DNA of 64,000 nucleotides from Clostridia bacterium (GCA_017463065.1 JAFTPX010000046.1:18836-82835); one strand, 5' to 3'. Positions 1-10,955 are shown, numbered from the stretch's first letter. Program-made: numbers and translations. Notes: generated by a model from the letters alone, not told the origin.

Positions 1-1
1 C

Positions 2-142
2 CCCGCGGAATTTGAAACGGCAATGAAGGCGGCAATGAAGGCAGAGGGCCCCGTTTGGATCGAATGTGAGATCGACCGTGAAGAAAGGGTTCTTCCCATG
101 ATTCCCGCGGGCGGTACCGTTCACGATACTATTTTCAACTAA
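2..142 (+). CDS. ilvB: acetolactate synthase large subunit, C-terminal fragment (gene begins upstream of window)
   Basis: Frame 2 is open from the window edge to TAA at 140-142. It translates to PAEFETAMKAAMKAEGPVWIECEIDREERVLPMIPAGGTVHDTIFN, a typical C-terminal tail of TPP-dependent acetolactate synthases. The small-subunit gene follows 12 nt later. Confidence 0.6.
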   Translation, partial: PAEFETAMKAAMKAEGPVWIECEIDREERVLPMIPAGGTVHDTIFN

Positions 143-154
143 GGAGGAAGAGAA

Positions 155-652
155 ATGAAAAAACAATGTATGGTCATCCTCGTTGAAAATAACGCGGGTG
201 TGTTGGCCCGTGTGACCTCGCTGTTTATGCAGCGCGGCTTTAATATCGACTCGCTGACCGTTTCGTCGACAGAAAATCCCAAGATTTCCCGTATTACCGT
301 TATGACTACGGGTGACCAGAAGAATTTTAGTCAAATCTTAAAGCAGACGGCAAAGCTGATCGAAACCAAGATGATCTTTTCCGTTGAGCCATCCTTCAGT
401 TTGATCCGAGAGCTATTACTGGCGAAATTCTCCACCGACCGCGTGGATGCGGAGGCGTTGAAGAAGATCATTGAGAGCTTTGGCGCAAGTATTATCGACA
501 TTACCAGCGGATGCTTTGTAGTTGAGCTTTCGGCATCCTCCCAGAAGATCGACGATTTTCTGGAGGCAACGGAGGGTTATGAAAAGATCGAGATGTGCCG
601 TTCGGGTGCCATTGCCATGGAACGAGGCAAGGTAGACTACGATATCAATTGA
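155..652 (+). CDS. ilvN: acetolactate synthase small (regulatory) subunit
   Basis: 165-aa ORF with an ACT-domain N-terminus (MVILVENNAGVLARVTSLFMQRGFNIDSLTVSSTE). AAGGAGG RBS just upstream. Lies between the ilvB tail and ilvC. Confidence 0.9.
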   Translation: MKKQCMVILVENNAGVLARVTSLFMQRGFNIDSLTVSSTENPKISRITVMTTGDQKNFSQILKQTAKLIETKMIFSVEPSFSLIRELLLAKFSTDRVDAEALKKIIESFGASIIDITSGCFVVELSASSQKIDDFLEATEGYEKIEMCRSGAIAMERGKVDYDIN

Positions 653-676
653 AAAACAAAAATTATAAATATATAA

Positions 677-1705
<1,029 letters not shown>

Positions 1706-1716
1706 GACAAACTTGC

Positions 1717-1754
1717 TTTTTGAATTGTGGGGCTTCGGCTCCACAATTCAAAAG
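1717..1754. terminator. long stem-loop (about 17-18 bp, UUCG tetraloop) between ilvC and coaX; possible terminator or processing/stability element
   Basis: TTTTTGAATTGTGGGGC-TTCG-GCTCCACAATTCAAAAG. Pairing is almost perfect, with two G-U pairs. The T run is consumed in the stem, so there is no free downstream U-tract. Confidence 0.45.
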
Positions 1755-1777
1755 AAAAAGAAAAGGAGGAAAAGGGG

Positions 1778-2578
1778 ATGTTGATGGCGGTAAATATCGG
1801 AAATTCCCGTATTTCGGTTGGCTTCTTTGAAGAAAACGCGTGTCGTTTGCTGTTGAAATTTCAGATATCTACTGATATCAACAAAACCTCCGACGAATAC
1901 CTTGCCCTGATTCATTCCATTCTTCGGGGAGAAGAGACAAAGAAGGAGATCGGCGGCGTGATCCTTTCGTCTGTCGTTCCCCAGCTGACCGAAACCGTTC
2001 GTCAGACCTTGGTTCGGTTTGCGGGCAAGCAGCCTCTTCTCGTGGGACCGGGTTTGAAAACGGGATTTCCCATTAAGATCGATTCTCCCTCAGAGCTGGG
2101 TGGAGATATGGTAGCCAATACCGCCGCCGTATTGCACGGACTCAAGGAGGAGGGGAAGAGCAAGATTCCCGCCCTGATTGCCGATCTGGGGACGGTGACC
2201 ACCCTGTCGGCAATCAACCGATTGGGGGAGTATATCGGGTGTGCGATTGTTCCCGGCGTGAGGATGTCCTTGAATATGCTTCACGGAGAAACGGCGCAGT
2301 TGCCCAACGTGATGCTTTCGGCACCCACCAAAGCCGTGGGAAAGAATTCTCAGGATTCGGTTCGCTCGGGCGTGATTTTTGGAAACGCCATGATGCTGGA
2401 TGGCTTTGTGGGACGGTTCGCAAGGGAAATGAATTGCAAGGCGGAGGAGCTTGCGCTCTTCGTCACGGGCGAATATGCGGGAGCCGTGATGGACGTATGC
2501 AAATATCGGTTTACCTACGACGAGGATCTGACCCTCAAGGGTCTGTATTTCCTTTATAAAAATACGGTTGAGGAATAA
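1778..2578 (+). CDS. coaX: type III pantothenate kinase
   Basis: ORF-track start 1727 trimmed to ATG 1778, with an AGGAGGA RBS at 1764-1770. The N-terminus MLMAVNIGNSRISVGFF matches the ASKHA phosphate-1 motif of CoaX. 266 aa. Confidence 0.85.
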   Translation: MLMAVNIGNSRISVGFFEENACRLLLKFQISTDINKTSDEYLALIHSILRGEETKKEIGGVILSSVVPQLTETVRQTLVRFAGKQPLLVGPGLKTGFPIKIDSPSELGGDMVANTAAVLHGLKEEGKSKIPALIADLGTVTTLSAINRLGEYIGCAIVPGVRMSLNMLHGETAQLPNVMLSAPTKAVGKNSQDSVRSGVIFGNAMMLDGFVGRFAREMNCKAEELALFVTGEYAGAVMDVCKYRFTYDEDLTLKGLYFLYKNTVEE

Positions 2579-2593
2579 TATCGGCGTTGCCGT

Positions 2594-2731
2594 TGTTATA
2601 ATTTTACGCACTGTACCGCTTGTCGGACGGTAGCATCGGGTGAAAGTCCCGAAGAAAGGAACAGTTATGTTCACAAAAATTTCTTTTGAGGCAGCACAGA
2701 CGGCTGTACTGACGACCTCGGAGGTGGCGAG
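2594..2731 (+). promoter_or_regulatory. extended -10 promoter (TGtTATAAT, 2594-2602) plus a roughly 120-nt structured 5' leader of unknown class
   Basis: TGTTATAAT at 2594-2602. Downstream hairpins: TACCG..CGGTA (2614-2632), TCGGG-UGAAAGU-CCCGA (2636-2652), GAAC..GTTC (2659-2672), CAGC..GCTG (2692-2706). ACCTC-GG-GAGGT (2715-2725) pairs the GGAGG RBS. Confidence 0.3.
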
Positions 2732-3349
2732 ATGAGAAGAAACGTAAAAACCGACATTCTTCAAATGGTAGAGCTGGCAATGCTTTTGGCTCTGGTCATT
2801 GTGTTGCAGATGATTGGCGGCATGATTAAGATCGGTCCCTTTTCTCCCTCCTTGGTTTTGATCCCCATCGTCATCGGATCGATTATTATCGGGGCAAAGG
2901 GCGGAGCCATTCTGGGCGCGGCTTTTGGTATCGTGGTGATCGTTCAATGCGCGCTGGGAATGGATGCGGGCGGATTTATTCTGTGGGGTATCAACCCGTT
3001 TCTGACCGCCTTGATCTGCTTGACCAAGGGTATTTGCGCGGGACTGGTTCCCGGATTGATTTACCGAGCTTTGACAGGCAAGGAGCCATCCGATAAAAGA
3101 ATTTTTTTGGCTGCGGTCGTTTCCTCTTTATCTGCTCCGATTGTTAACACAGGATTGTTTTTGATCGGTCTTTCGGTGTTTTTCACCGATACGCTTTATG
3201 CGTGGAGCGGCGGAACCAACGTCATAATCTATATCATTACGGGATTGGTGGGACTCAATTTCTTGGTGGAATTTGGTATCAACGCCATCGTTTCTCCTGC
3301 CGTCTCTACCGTGGTAAAGGTCGTTACCAAATACATTTACAAAAAATAA
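2732..3349 (+). CDS. ECF-transporter S-component-like integral membrane protein (substrate unknown; pantothenate PanT-like role is only a context guess)
   Basis: 205 aa, about 5-6 hydrophobic helices, small and Gly-rich (LVLIPIVIGSIIIGAKGGAILGAAFGIVVIV). This is typical of vitamin S-components. No EcfA or EcfT gene is adjacent. Confidence 0.55.
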   Translation: MRRNVKTDILQMVELAMLLALVIVLQMIGGMIKIGPFSPSLVLIPIVIGSIIIGAKGGAILGAAFGIVVIVQCALGMDAGGFILWGINPFLTALICLTKGICAGLVPGLIYRALTGKEPSDKRIFLAAVVSSLSAPIVNTGLFLIGLSVFFTDTLYAWSGGTNVIIYIITGLVGLNFLVEFGINAIVSPAVSTVVKVVTKYIYKK

Positions 3350-3356
3350 ACAGAAA

Positions 3357-3376
3357 GCATTGCGGTCACGCAATGT
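3357..3376 (+). promoter_or_regulatory. short intergenic hairpin 20 nt upstream of ilvD
   Basis: GCATTGCG-GTCA-CGCAATGT (8 bp). No U-tract follows. Confidence 0.25.
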
Positions 3377-3395
3377 GTTGAAAGGATGAATTCTT

Positions 3396-5060
3396 ATGTC
3401 ACTTCGTTCCGATAACGTAACAAAGGGTGCCGAGCGCGCGCCGAACAGAAGCTTGTTTTATGCTATGGGCTATACCAAGGAGGAGCTGGAACGTCCTCTG
3501 ATCGGTGTAGTCAGTGCCCATAGTGAGATCGTTCCCGGGCACTTCCATCTGGATAAGATTGCGGATGCTGTCAAGGCGGGAATCCGCATGGCAGGCGGTA
3601 CGCCGATCCTGATCCCCGCCATTGGCGTGTGTGATGGAATTGCCATGGGACACATTGGAATGAAGTACTCTCTTGCCAGCCGTGAGCTGATCTGCGACAG
3701 CGTGGAAACCATGACTATGGCGCATCAGCTGGACGGACTGGTTCTCGTTCCCAACTGTGACAAGATCGTCCCCGGTATGGTGATGGCGGCGGTTCGTATG
3801 AATGTTCCCGCGATCGTTTGCAGCGGAGGCCCGATGCTTGCGGGAACCTATAACGGCGAAGAGGTAAGCCTGTCCAAGATGTTTGAGGCGGTAGGCGCTT
3901 ACAAGGCGGGGATGATCAACGACTGCCAGCTGCATGAATGTGAAACGGGCGTGTGTCCCGGTTGCGGAAGCTGTGCGGGCATGTATACGGCAAACAGCAT
4001 GAACTGCTTGTGCGAGGCGATCGGAATTGCGCTTCCCGGTAACGGAACCATTCCCGCCGTGAGCAACAAACGGACTATTCTCGCAAAGCATGCGGGCATG
4101 GCGATCATGGAGTTGGTTCGCAATAACGTATGCGCAAGAGATATCATCAACGAGCGCTCCATCAAAAACGCGTTGGCGTGCGATATGGCGCTGGGATGTA
4201 GCTCCAACAGTGTTCTGCACTTGTTGGCAATTGCCAACGAGGCAGGAGTTCCTTTGGATCTGAATTTGTTTAATGAAATGAGTGAGCGCGTTCCGAACCT
4301 TTGCCATCTGGCTCCCGCAGGGGCGACCCATATGCAGGATCTGGAGGCGGCGGGCGGAATTCCCGCGGTTCAGGCGGAGCTTCTGAAGAAGGGCTTGCTG
4401 GATGCCGACGCTCCTACCGTAACGGGAAGGACCGTTGGAGAGAACGTGGCAGGCGCATTCATTAAGGATACCAATTCCATTCGTCCCATTGACGATCCCT
4501 ATAGCGCTACGGGCGGTATTCAGATTCTTTGGGGGAACATTGCTCAGAAGGGATGCGTGGTGAAGCGGAGCGCGGTTGCGCCCGAAATGCTTCGTCATAG
4601 CGGTCCCGCGCGGGTATTTAACTCCGAGGAGGAGGCGATCGCCGCCATTTACGCGGGGAAGATCGTGGATGGCGACGTGGTGGTGATCCGCTACGAGGGT
4701 CCCAAGGGCGGACCGGGTATGCGAGAGATGCTCAATCCCACAAGCGCCCTTGCGGGTATGAAGCTGGATAAGACTGTTGCGCTGATTACCGACGGACGGT
4801 TCTCGGGTGCAAGCCGAGGCGCATCCATCGGACACGTGAGCCCCGAGGCGGCAGACGGAGGTAACATCGCGCTGATTGAGGAGGGCGATCTCATCGAGAT
4901 CAACATTCCCGACGCGTCCATCAACGTGAAGGTTAGCGACGAGGTGTTGGCGGAGCGCCGTGCGGCTTACGTGGCTCCCGATCCCAACGTCAAATCGGGC
5001 TGGCTTGCCAGATACGCAAGACTTGTCAGCGGTGCCGATCAGGGCGCGGTGATGAAATAA
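3396..5060 (+). CDS. ilvD: dihydroxy-acid dehydratase
   Basis: 554 aa. IlvD/Edd family blocks are present: [47 protein letters not shown]. Confidence 0.95.
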   Translation: MSLRSDNVTKGAERAPNRSLFYAMGYTKEELERPLIGVVSAHSEIVPGHFHLDKIADAVKAGIRMAGGTPILIPAIGVCDGIAMGHIGMKYSLASRELICDSVETMTMAHQLDGLVLVPNCDKIVPGMVMAAVRMNVPAIVCSGGPMLAGTYNGEEVSLSKMFEAVGAYKAGMINDCQLHECETGVCPGCGSCAGMYTANSMNCLCEAIGIALPGNGTIPAVSNKRTILAKHAGMAIMELVRNNVCARDIINERSIKNALACDMALGCSSNSVLHLLAIANEAGVPLDLNLFNEMSERVPNLCHLAPAGATHMQDLEAAGGIPAVQAELLKKGLLDADAPTVTGRTVGENVAGAFIKDTNSIRPIDDPYSATGGIQILWGNIAQKGCVVKRSAVAPEMLRHSGPARVFNSEEEAIAAIYAGKIVDGDVVVIRYEGPKGGPGMREMLNPTSALAGMKLDKTVALITDGRFSGASRGASIGHVSPEAADGGNIALIEEGDLIEINIPDASINVKVSDEVLAERRAAYVAPDPNVKSGWLARYARLVSGADQGAVMK

Positions 5061-5093
5061 GCAGAGAATAGGAAAGGAACACATCGCAGGAAC

Positions 5094-6761
5094 ATGGAAA
5101 ACGCAATCAAATATACAAGACAGTATTTTCCCGCCCCTCAGCCGCAGGCAAGATGGGTGAATAAAAATTATATTGATACGCCTCCTACGTGGTGCTCGGT
5201 GGATCTCCGAGACGGAAACCAGTCGCTGATCATTCCGATGAGCTTGGAAGAAAAGTTGGAATTCTTTCAGCTTTTGGTGAAAATCGGCTTTAAGGAGATC
5301 GAGGTGGGATTTCCCGCCGCCTCCGAAACCGAATATAAGTTTTTGCGCACGCTGATCGAGGAAAATCTGATTCCCGACGACGTAACGGTTCAGGTATTGA
5401 CCCAGTCCAGAGAGCATATTATCAAAAAGACCTTCGAGAGCCTGAAGGGTGCCAAAAACGCCATCGTGCATCTGTATAACTCCACCTCGGTGGCACAGCG
5501 TGAGCAGGTGTTCAAAAAATCCAAGCAGGATATCATTGATATTGCCATCAAGGGTGCTGAGCTGTTCAACAAGTATAGCGAGGAAATGGGCGTGAATTAT
5601 CGTTACGAGTATTCTCCCGAGTCCTTTACGGGAACCGAGCCCGAGTTTGCGTTGGAGATTTCCAATGCGGTTCTGGACGTATGGAAGCCCACCAAGGAGC
5701 GTCCCGTGATCATCAATCTGCCCGTAACTGTTCAGGTTTCTATGCCCCACGTATACGCCAATCAGGTGGAATACATGAACGACAATCTGAAATACCGTGA
5801 GAACGTGATCATTTCTCTCCATCCCCACAACGACCGCGGATGCGCGGTTGCCGATGCGGAGATGGGCTTGCTGGCGGGCGGAGACCGAATCGAGGGCACT
5901 TTGTTTGGTAACGGCGAAAGAACGGGTAACGTGGACATCGTGACTATGGCGCTGAATATGTACGCTCAGGGAATCGATCCCAAGCTGGATCTGTCCGATC
6001 TTCCCGCCATTACTGAGCTTTACGAGCGTGTGACCAGAATGCAGGTTTACGACCGTACGCCTTATGCGGGCAAGCTGGTGTTTGCCGCCTTCTCGGGATC
6101 CCATCAGGATGCCATTGCCAAGGGCATGAAGTGGCGGGAGGAGCATACCTGCCGTTACTGGACCGTTCCGTATTTGCCCATCGATCCGCAGGATGTGGGC
6201 AGGGAATACGAGACCGACGTGATTCGGATCAATTCCCAGTCGGGCAAGGGCGGAATCGGTTATTTGCTGGAGCACAATTACGGCTACGTATTGCCGCCTA
6301 AAATGCGGGAGGACGTGGGCTATACCGTCAAGAGCTATTCCGACCATTCTCACAAGGAGCTCGCTCCCGCGGAGGTATTGGATATCTTCAAGAAGGAATA
6401 CGTCAACATCAATTCTCCCATCGGGTTGGAGGATTATCACTTTATCAGAAAGCCCGACGCAATGAAGGCAATTGTGACCATTTCGCAGAACGGGGAGACC
6501 AGAGATATTTCCGCGGAAGGAAACGGACGTCTGGATGCGGTCAGCAACGCCATCAAGCAGCATCTCGGGATTGAGTATTCCAATCTGACCTATACTGAGC
6601 ATGCGCTGTCGATGGAGTCTACCTCGCAGGCAGTTACTTACGTCAGCATTACCTTCAAGGACGGCAAGACCTCTTGGGGCGCGGGCGTGAATGACGATAT
6701 TATCACGGCGTCCATTTGCGCGTTGCTCGCGGCGATCAACCGCAAGCTGTCCGCCAATTAA
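5094..6761 (+). CDS. leuA: 2-isopropylmalate synthase (long form)
   Basis: 555 aa. Has the DLRDGNQS catalytic motif, HPHNDRG metal site and a C-terminal LeuA dimerisation/regulatory region. Confidence 0.93.
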   Translation: MENAIKYTRQYFPAPQPQARWVNKNYIDTPPTWCSVDLRDGNQSLIIPMSLEEKLEFFQLLVKIGFKEIEVGFPAASETEYKFLRTLIEENLIPDDVTVQVLTQSREHIIKKTFESLKGAKNAIVHLYNSTSVAQREQVFKKSKQDIIDIAIKGAELFNKYSEEMGVNYRYEYSPESFTGTEPEFALEISNAVLDVWKPTKERPVIINLPVTVQVSMPHVYANQVEYMNDNLKYRENVIISLHPHNDRGCAVADAEMGLLAGGDRIEGTLFGNGERTGNVDIVTMALNMYAQGIDPKLDLSDLPAITELYERVTRMQVYDRTPYAGKLVFAAFSGSHQDAIAKGMKWREEHTCRYWTVPYLPIDPQDVGREYETDVIRINSQSGKGGIGYLLEHNYGYVLPPKMREDVGYTVKSYSDHSHKELAPAEVLDIFKKEYVNINSPIGLEDYHFIRKPDAMKAIVTISQNGETRDISAEGNGRLDAVSNAIKQHLGIEYSNLTYTEHALSMESTSQAVTYVSITFKDGKTSWGAGVNDDIITASICALLAAINRKLSAN

Positions 6762-6791
6762 TTGATTGATCAAGATAAAGAGGATATAGTT

Positions 6792-8054
6792 ATGGGAATG
6801 ACAATGACACAAAAGATTCTGGCGGCGCACGCAGGGCTGGAATCGGTAAAAGCGGGTCAGCTGATCATGGCGAATTTGGACATGGTTCTGGGAAATGACA
6901 TTACCTCTCCCGTTGCCATCAACGAGTTTTACAAGAACGGATTTGACCAAGTATTTGATAAGGATAAGATATCCTTGGTCATGGATCACTTTGTACCCAA
7001 CAAGGATATTAAGGCGGCTCAACAGTGTAAGCAGTGCAGAACCTTCGCGAAATGCTTCTCTATTACCAACTATTACGACGTGGGTGATATGGGAATCGAG
7101 CATGCGCTTCTCCCCGAAAAGGGCTTGGTCGGTCCCGGTGAATGTATCATCGGCGCGGACTCTCACACCTGTACCTACGGCGCACTCGGCGCGTTTTCCA
7201 CAGGCGTGGGAAGCACCGATATGGCGGCAGGTATGGCGACGGGTAAGGCTTGGTTCAAGGTTCCTTCCGCCATTCGATTCAATCTGATCGGAAAGCTGAA
7301 TCCGATGGTCTCGGGTAAGGACGTGATCCTTCACATCATCGGAATGATCGGTGTGGACGGCGCGCTGTACCGCTCCATGGAGTTCTCGGGCGAGGGCTTG
7401 GCTTCCTTGTCCATGGACGACCGTCTCTGCATGGCGAATATGGCAATCGAAGCGGGCGCGAAAAACGGTATTTTTGAGGTGGACGACGTGACGCTGGCGT
7501 ACGTGAAGGATCGTGTGAGACGTCCCTTTACCGTCTATTCCGCCGACGCGGACGCGGAGTACGACGAGGAATACGTCATCGATCTTTCGGCGATCGAGCC
7601 TACGGTAGCTTGTCCTCATTTGCCCGAGAATACGAAGAACGCAAGAGAGCTTGGGGAGATTGTTCCCGATCAGGTGGTCATCGGCTCGTGTACCAACGGA
7701 CGTCTGTCTGATATGAAGGCGGCGGCAGAGATCATGAAGGGCAAGCATATTGCCAAGGGCATTCGTTGCATTGTGATCCCCGCAACCCAGACGATTTACA
7801 AGGAATGTATCAAGCGAGGCTATATCGATACCTTTATCGATGCGGGCTGTGTGGTTTCCACTCCTACCTGCGGACCTTGTCTTGGTGGTTACATGGGGAT
7901 TCTTGCCGAGGATGAGACTGCGGTGGCAACCACCAACCGTAATTTTGTCGGCAGAATGGGACATATTACGTCTAAAATTTATCTTGCCAGCCCCGAGGTG
8001 GCGGCGGCAACGGCGATCGCGGGCAAGATCTGTGATCCCAGAGATCTGAAATAA
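6792..8054 (+). CDS. leuC: 3-isopropylmalate dehydratase large subunit
   Basis: Track start 6762 (TTG) trimmed to ATG 6792 behind a GAGGA RBS. Aconitase-family Fe-S ligand contexts are present ([23 protein letters not shown]). About 420 aa. Confidence 0.93.
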   Translation: MGMTMTQKILAAHAGLESVKAGQLIMANLDMVLGNDITSPVAINEFYKNGFDQVFDKDKISLVMDHFVPNKDIKAAQQCKQCRTFAKCFSITNYYDVGDMGIEHALLPEKGLVGPGECIIGADSHTCTYGALGAFSTGVGSTDMAAGMATGKAWFKVPSAIRFNLIGKLNPMVSGKDVILHIIGMIGVDGALYRSMEFSGEGLASLSMDDRLCMANMAIEAGAKNGIFEVDDVTLAYVKDRVRRPFTVYSADADAEYDEEYVIDLSAIEPTVACPHLPENTKNARELGEIVPDQVVIGSCTNGRLSDMKAAAEIMKGKHIAKGIRCIVIPATQTIYKECIKRGYIDTFIDAGCVVSTPTCGPCLGGYMGILAEDETAVATTNRNFVGRMGHITSKIYLASPEVAAATAIAGKICDPRDLK

Positions 8055-8067
8055 GGGGGATACGGAC

Positions 8068-8553
8068 ATGAACGTAAACGGACGCATACATAAATACGGC
8101 GATAATGTGGATACCGACGTCATTATCCCCGCGAGATATCTGAACACGGCAGACCATAAGGAGCTTGCTTCTCACTGCATGGAGGATATCGATCTGGACT
8201 TTACCAAGAAGGTCAAGGAAGGGGACATCATGGTGGGTGGCGCTAACTTCGGTTGCGGCTCCTCCCGTGAGCACGCTCCCATTGCCATCAAGCATTCGGG
8301 AATTTCCTGTGTCATTGCCAAGACCTTCGCGCGGATCTTTTTCCGCAACGCAATCAATATCGGACTGGCGATTCTGGAGTGCCCCGAGGCAAGTGACAAA
8401 ATCGACAACGGTGACGAGGTCACGGTGGATTTCGACACGGGCGTGATTACCAATGTGACAAAAAATGAGACCTATCAGGCAGAGCCTTTCCCCGAATTTA
8501 TCAAGGATATCATTCGGGCAGATGGACTGATGAATTCAATTGGAAAGCGGTGA
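8068..8553 (+). CDS. leuD: 3-isopropylmalate dehydratase small subunit
   Basis: 161 aa. Carries the aconitase swivel-domain motif [13 protein letters not shown]. Confidence 0.93.
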   Translation: MNVNGRIHKYGDNVDTDVIIPARYLNTADHKELASHCMEDIDLDFTKKVKEGDIMVGGANFGCGSSREHAPIAIKHSGISCVIAKTFARIFFRNAINIGLAILECPEASDKIDNGDEVTVDFDTGVITNVTKNETYQAEPFPEFIKDIIRADGLMNSIGKR

Positions 8554-8557
8554 TAAC

Positions 8558-9628
8558 ATGAGAAAGAATATTGCGGTTCTGAAGGGAGACGGCATCGGTC
8601 CCGAGATCGTGGATCAGGCGATTCTGGTGTTGGATGCCATCGCAAAAAAATACGGTCATGAATTCGTTTATACCGAGGTGGATATCGGCGGATGCAGCAT
8701 TGATAAGCACGGCGTACCGATCACCGAGGAGGGTATGGCGATGTGCAAAGCCTCCGACAGCGTGCTTCTGGGGGCGGTGGGCGGACCCAAGTGGGATGGC
8801 GTAGACCCTTCCATTCGTCCAGAAAAGGCGTTGCTTGCCGTACGGAAGGAGCTTGGATTGTTTGCCAACCTCCGTCCCACCAAGCTGTTTGCTCAGCTGG
8901 CGGATGCTTCTCCTCTGAAGGATAGTGTGGTCGGCGACGGAATCGATCTGATGATCGTTCGCGAGCTGACGGGCGGCATCTACTTCGGAAAGAGAAGAAC
9001 CGAGGTGGTGGAAGGCGAAAAGGTCGCCACCGACGAGATGACCTACAGCGAGCACGAGGTGGAGCGCATCGGACGGGTGGCGTTTGAGACTGCCCGCAAG
9101 AGAGGCAAGAGAGTGGCGTCTGTGGATAAGGCGAACGTGCTGGATTCCTCCCGTCTGTGGAGAGCGGTCATGCACCGTCTGGCAGAAGAATACCCCGACG
9201 TGGCATATTCCGATATTCTGGTGGATAACACCGCGATGCAGCTCATTAAGAATCCCGGTCAGTTTGATGTGATCGTTACCGAAAATATGTTCGGAGACAT
9301 TCTCTCTGACGAAGCAAGTATGCTGACGGGATCGATTGGTATGATGCCTTCCGCAAGCCTTTCCTCTACCACGCTGGGCATGTACGAGCCGATCCACGGC
9401 TCCGCACCCGATATTGCGGGAATGGATCTTGCGAACCCCATCGGTACGATTATGTCTGCGGCAATGATGCTTCGCTACTCCTTTGATATGATCGAGGAGG
9501 CAGACGCCATTGAGGCGGCAGTGAACAAGGTGCTGGACGACGGATATCGCACGGCGGATATCTGGAAGGAAGGCTTCCGTAAGGTTGGATGCGCAGAGAT
9601 GGGTGCCGCTGTGGCTGCCCGCCTGTGA
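8558..9628 (+). CDS. leuB: 3-isopropylmalate dehydrogenase
   Basis: Start trimmed to ATG 8558, just after the leuD stop. Carries the signature [20 protein letters not shown]. Confidence 0.93.
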   Translation: MRKNIAVLKGDGIGPEIVDQAILVLDAIAKKYGHEFVYTEVDIGGCSIDKHGVPITEEGMAMCKASDSVLLGAVGGPKWDGVDPSIRPEKALLAVRKELGLFANLRPTKLFAQLADASPLKDSVVGDGIDLMIVRELTGGIYFGKRRTEVVEGEKVATDEMTYSEHEVERIGRVAFETARKRGKRVASVDKANVLDSSRLWRAVMHRLAEEYPDVAYSDILVDNTAMQLIKNPGQFDVIVTENMFGDILSDEASMLTGSIGMMPSASLSSTTLGMYEPIHGSAPDIAGMDLANPIGTIMSAAMMLRYSFDMIEEADAIEAAVNKVLDDGYRTADIWKEGFRKVGCAEMGAAVAARL

Positions 9629-9643
9629 GGAAGGAGAAATACA

Positions 9644-10717
9644 ATGCTTCAGATCAAATATGAACTTGTCAATCAAAGAAAGCCCAAGCCCGATTGGGAT
9701 CATCTCGGCTTTGGAAAACATTTTACCGACCATATGTTTATCATGGATTACCATGAGGGACAGGGTTGGCATGACGCGCGGATCGTTCCTTACCAGAACC
9801 TTTCGCTGGATCCCGCCTGCATGGTGTTCCACTATGCGCAGGAGATGTTTGAGGGACTCAAGGCGTACCGTACCCCCGACGGATCGGTTCAGCTTTTCCG
9901 CCCCGACAAGAACATTGAGCGTATGAACAACACCAATACCCGTCTTTGCATCCCTCACCTGAATCCCGATGACGTGCTGGATGCCCTCAAGGCATTGGTT
10001 TCTGTGGAGAAGGAATGGGTGCCCGTAAAGGAGGGAACCTCCCTTTACATTCGTCCCTTTATTATCGCCACCGACGTTCAGTTGGGCGTGCATCCCTCCA
10101 AGAGCTACAAGTTTATGATCATTCTCAGCCCCGTAGGATCTTACTATCCCGAGGGAATCAAGCCTGTGAAGATCTTTGTGGAAAGAGAATACGTCAGAGC
10201 AGTGAAGGGCGGTACGGGCTTTGCCAAGGTGGGCGGAAACTACGCCTGCTCGCTGATCGGTCAGCAGAAGGCGGAGGAAATGGGATATTCTCAGGTTCTT
10301 TGGCTGGACGGTATCGAGCATAAGTACATCGACGAGGTCGGCGCGATGAACGTATTTTTCGTGATCGACGGAACGGTGGTTACTCCCGCACTGGAGGAGG
10401 GGAACATTCTTCCCGGTGTGACCCGCGCATCTTGTATTCAGCTTCTGAAGAGCTTCGGCTACAAGGTGGAGGAGCGGAAGCTCGCTTTGGACGAGGTGAT
10501 CGAGGCGTATAAGAACGGTAAGCTGAACGAGGCGTTTGGTACGGGTACGGCGGCGGTAGTCTCTCCTATGGGTCTGTTGGATACCGAGGATATGAAAATG
10601 GAGGTCAACAACGGCGAGATCGGTGAGGTCGCGCAGAAGCTTTACGATACCTTGACGGGCATCCAGTGGGGCAGAGTTGCGGACGAATTCGGTTGGACGG
10701 TTCGTGTTGACGATTGA
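9644..10717 (+). CDS. ilvE: branched-chain amino-acid aminotransferase
   Basis: 357 aa, class IV aminotransferase, long IlvE type. Last gene of the ilv-leu block. GGAGAAATAC RBS upstream. Confidence 0.9.
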   Translation: MLQIKYELVNQRKPKPDWDHLGFGKHFTDHMFIMDYHEGQGWHDARIVPYQNLSLDPACMVFHYAQEMFEGLKAYRTPDGSVQLFRPDKNIERMNNTNTRLCIPHLNPDDVLDALKALVSVEKEWVPVKEGTSLYIRPFIIATDVQLGVHPSKSYKFMIILSPVGSYYPEGIKPVKIFVEREYVRAVKGGTGFAKVGGNYACSLIGQQKAEEMGYSQVLWLDGIEHKYIDEVGAMNVFFVIDGTVVTPALEEGNILPGVTRASCIQLLKSFGYKVEERKLALDEVIEAYKNGKLNEAFGTGTAAVVSPMGLLDTEDMKMEVNNGEIGEVAQKLYDTLTGIQWGRVADEFGWTVRVDD

Positions 10718-10733
10718 TCGGAGGATCGATAAC

Positions 10734-10770
10734 AAAGGTCGCAGACGGATGCGTCTGCGACCCTTTGCGC
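10734..10770 (+). terminator. intrinsic terminator after ilvE
   Basis: GGTCGCAGACG-GATG-CGTCTGCGACC (11 bp GC-rich stem), followed by CTTTGCGCGATTTT. Confidence 0.75.
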
Positions 10771-10804
10771 GATTTTGCAAAAATGTATATATACACTGCG
10801 AATC

Positions 10805-10854
10805 TGCATAAAAATTCATCTTAGTTTGTATATTTTTTTGAATAATATTCAAAA
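10805..10854. promoter_or_regulatory. two ARG-box-like palindromes (putative ArgR/AhrC operators) upstream of the argG promoter
   Basis: TGCATAAAAATTCA at 10805-10818 matches TGAATwwwwATTCA at 13 of 14 positions. TTTGAATAATATTCAAA at 10837-10853 is a perfect palindrome whose core is 1 nt shorter than canonical. Confidence 0.5.
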
Positions 10855-10913
10855 TTGTGCAGAATGATTACAGAATGATCGAGAATTTAGTGAAATATTG
10901 TAGTAGGAGTGTA

Positions 10914-10942
10914 TTGACAATTGGGGATTTTGGGTGTATAAT
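10914..10942 (+). promoter_or_regulatory. sigma-A promoter of the arg operon
   Basis: TTGACA (10914-10919), 17-nt spacer, TATAAT (10937-10942). The -10 lies inside the palindrome GTGTATAATATACAC. Confidence 0.8.
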
Positions 10943-10955
10943 ATACACAAATCAA

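Noticed and set aside
20-43. A 12-nt tandem duplication, GCAATGAAGGCG GCAATGAAGGCA, giving AMKA-AMKA in the ilvB tail. A similar imperfect repeat lies at 50641-50665 in the HemZ-like gene
   Set aside because: There are only two in-frame copies inside coding sequence. This is a simple slippage duplication, not a repeat element or array.
2603-2731. Possible FMN (RFN) or cobalamin riboswitch, suggested by GGGUGAAAGUCCC
   Set aside because: Only that one hairpin resembles those classes. The B12 box, the RFN P1 strands and the other conserved junctions are missing. I kept it only as an unclassified leader candidate.
3399-8147. A 1582-aa stop-free ORF on the minus strand spanning ilvD, leuA and leuC
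   Set aside because: It is in exact codon register with three same-frame plus-strand genes (starts 3396, 5094 and 6792 all differ by multiples of 3). It therefore only shows that TTA, CTA and TCA codons are absent from about 1550 consecutive sense codons. The translation is Arg/His/Gly/Leu-rich with no recognisable domain, and there is no RBS or promoter. It is an antisense shadow ORF caused by codon bias.
8510-10852. A 780-aa minus-strand ORF opposite leuB and ilvE. The same type of long antisense ORF occurs at 416-1399, 2090-2947, 11012-11725, 12921-13715, 16728-17912, 17678-18847, 19034-20293, 38130-40193, 48415-49668, 57996-58988 and elsewhere
   Set aside because: The explanation is the same: these ORFs are in register with well-supported plus-strand genes that avoid TTA, CTA and TCA. 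The sequences are not protein-like and have no translation signals.
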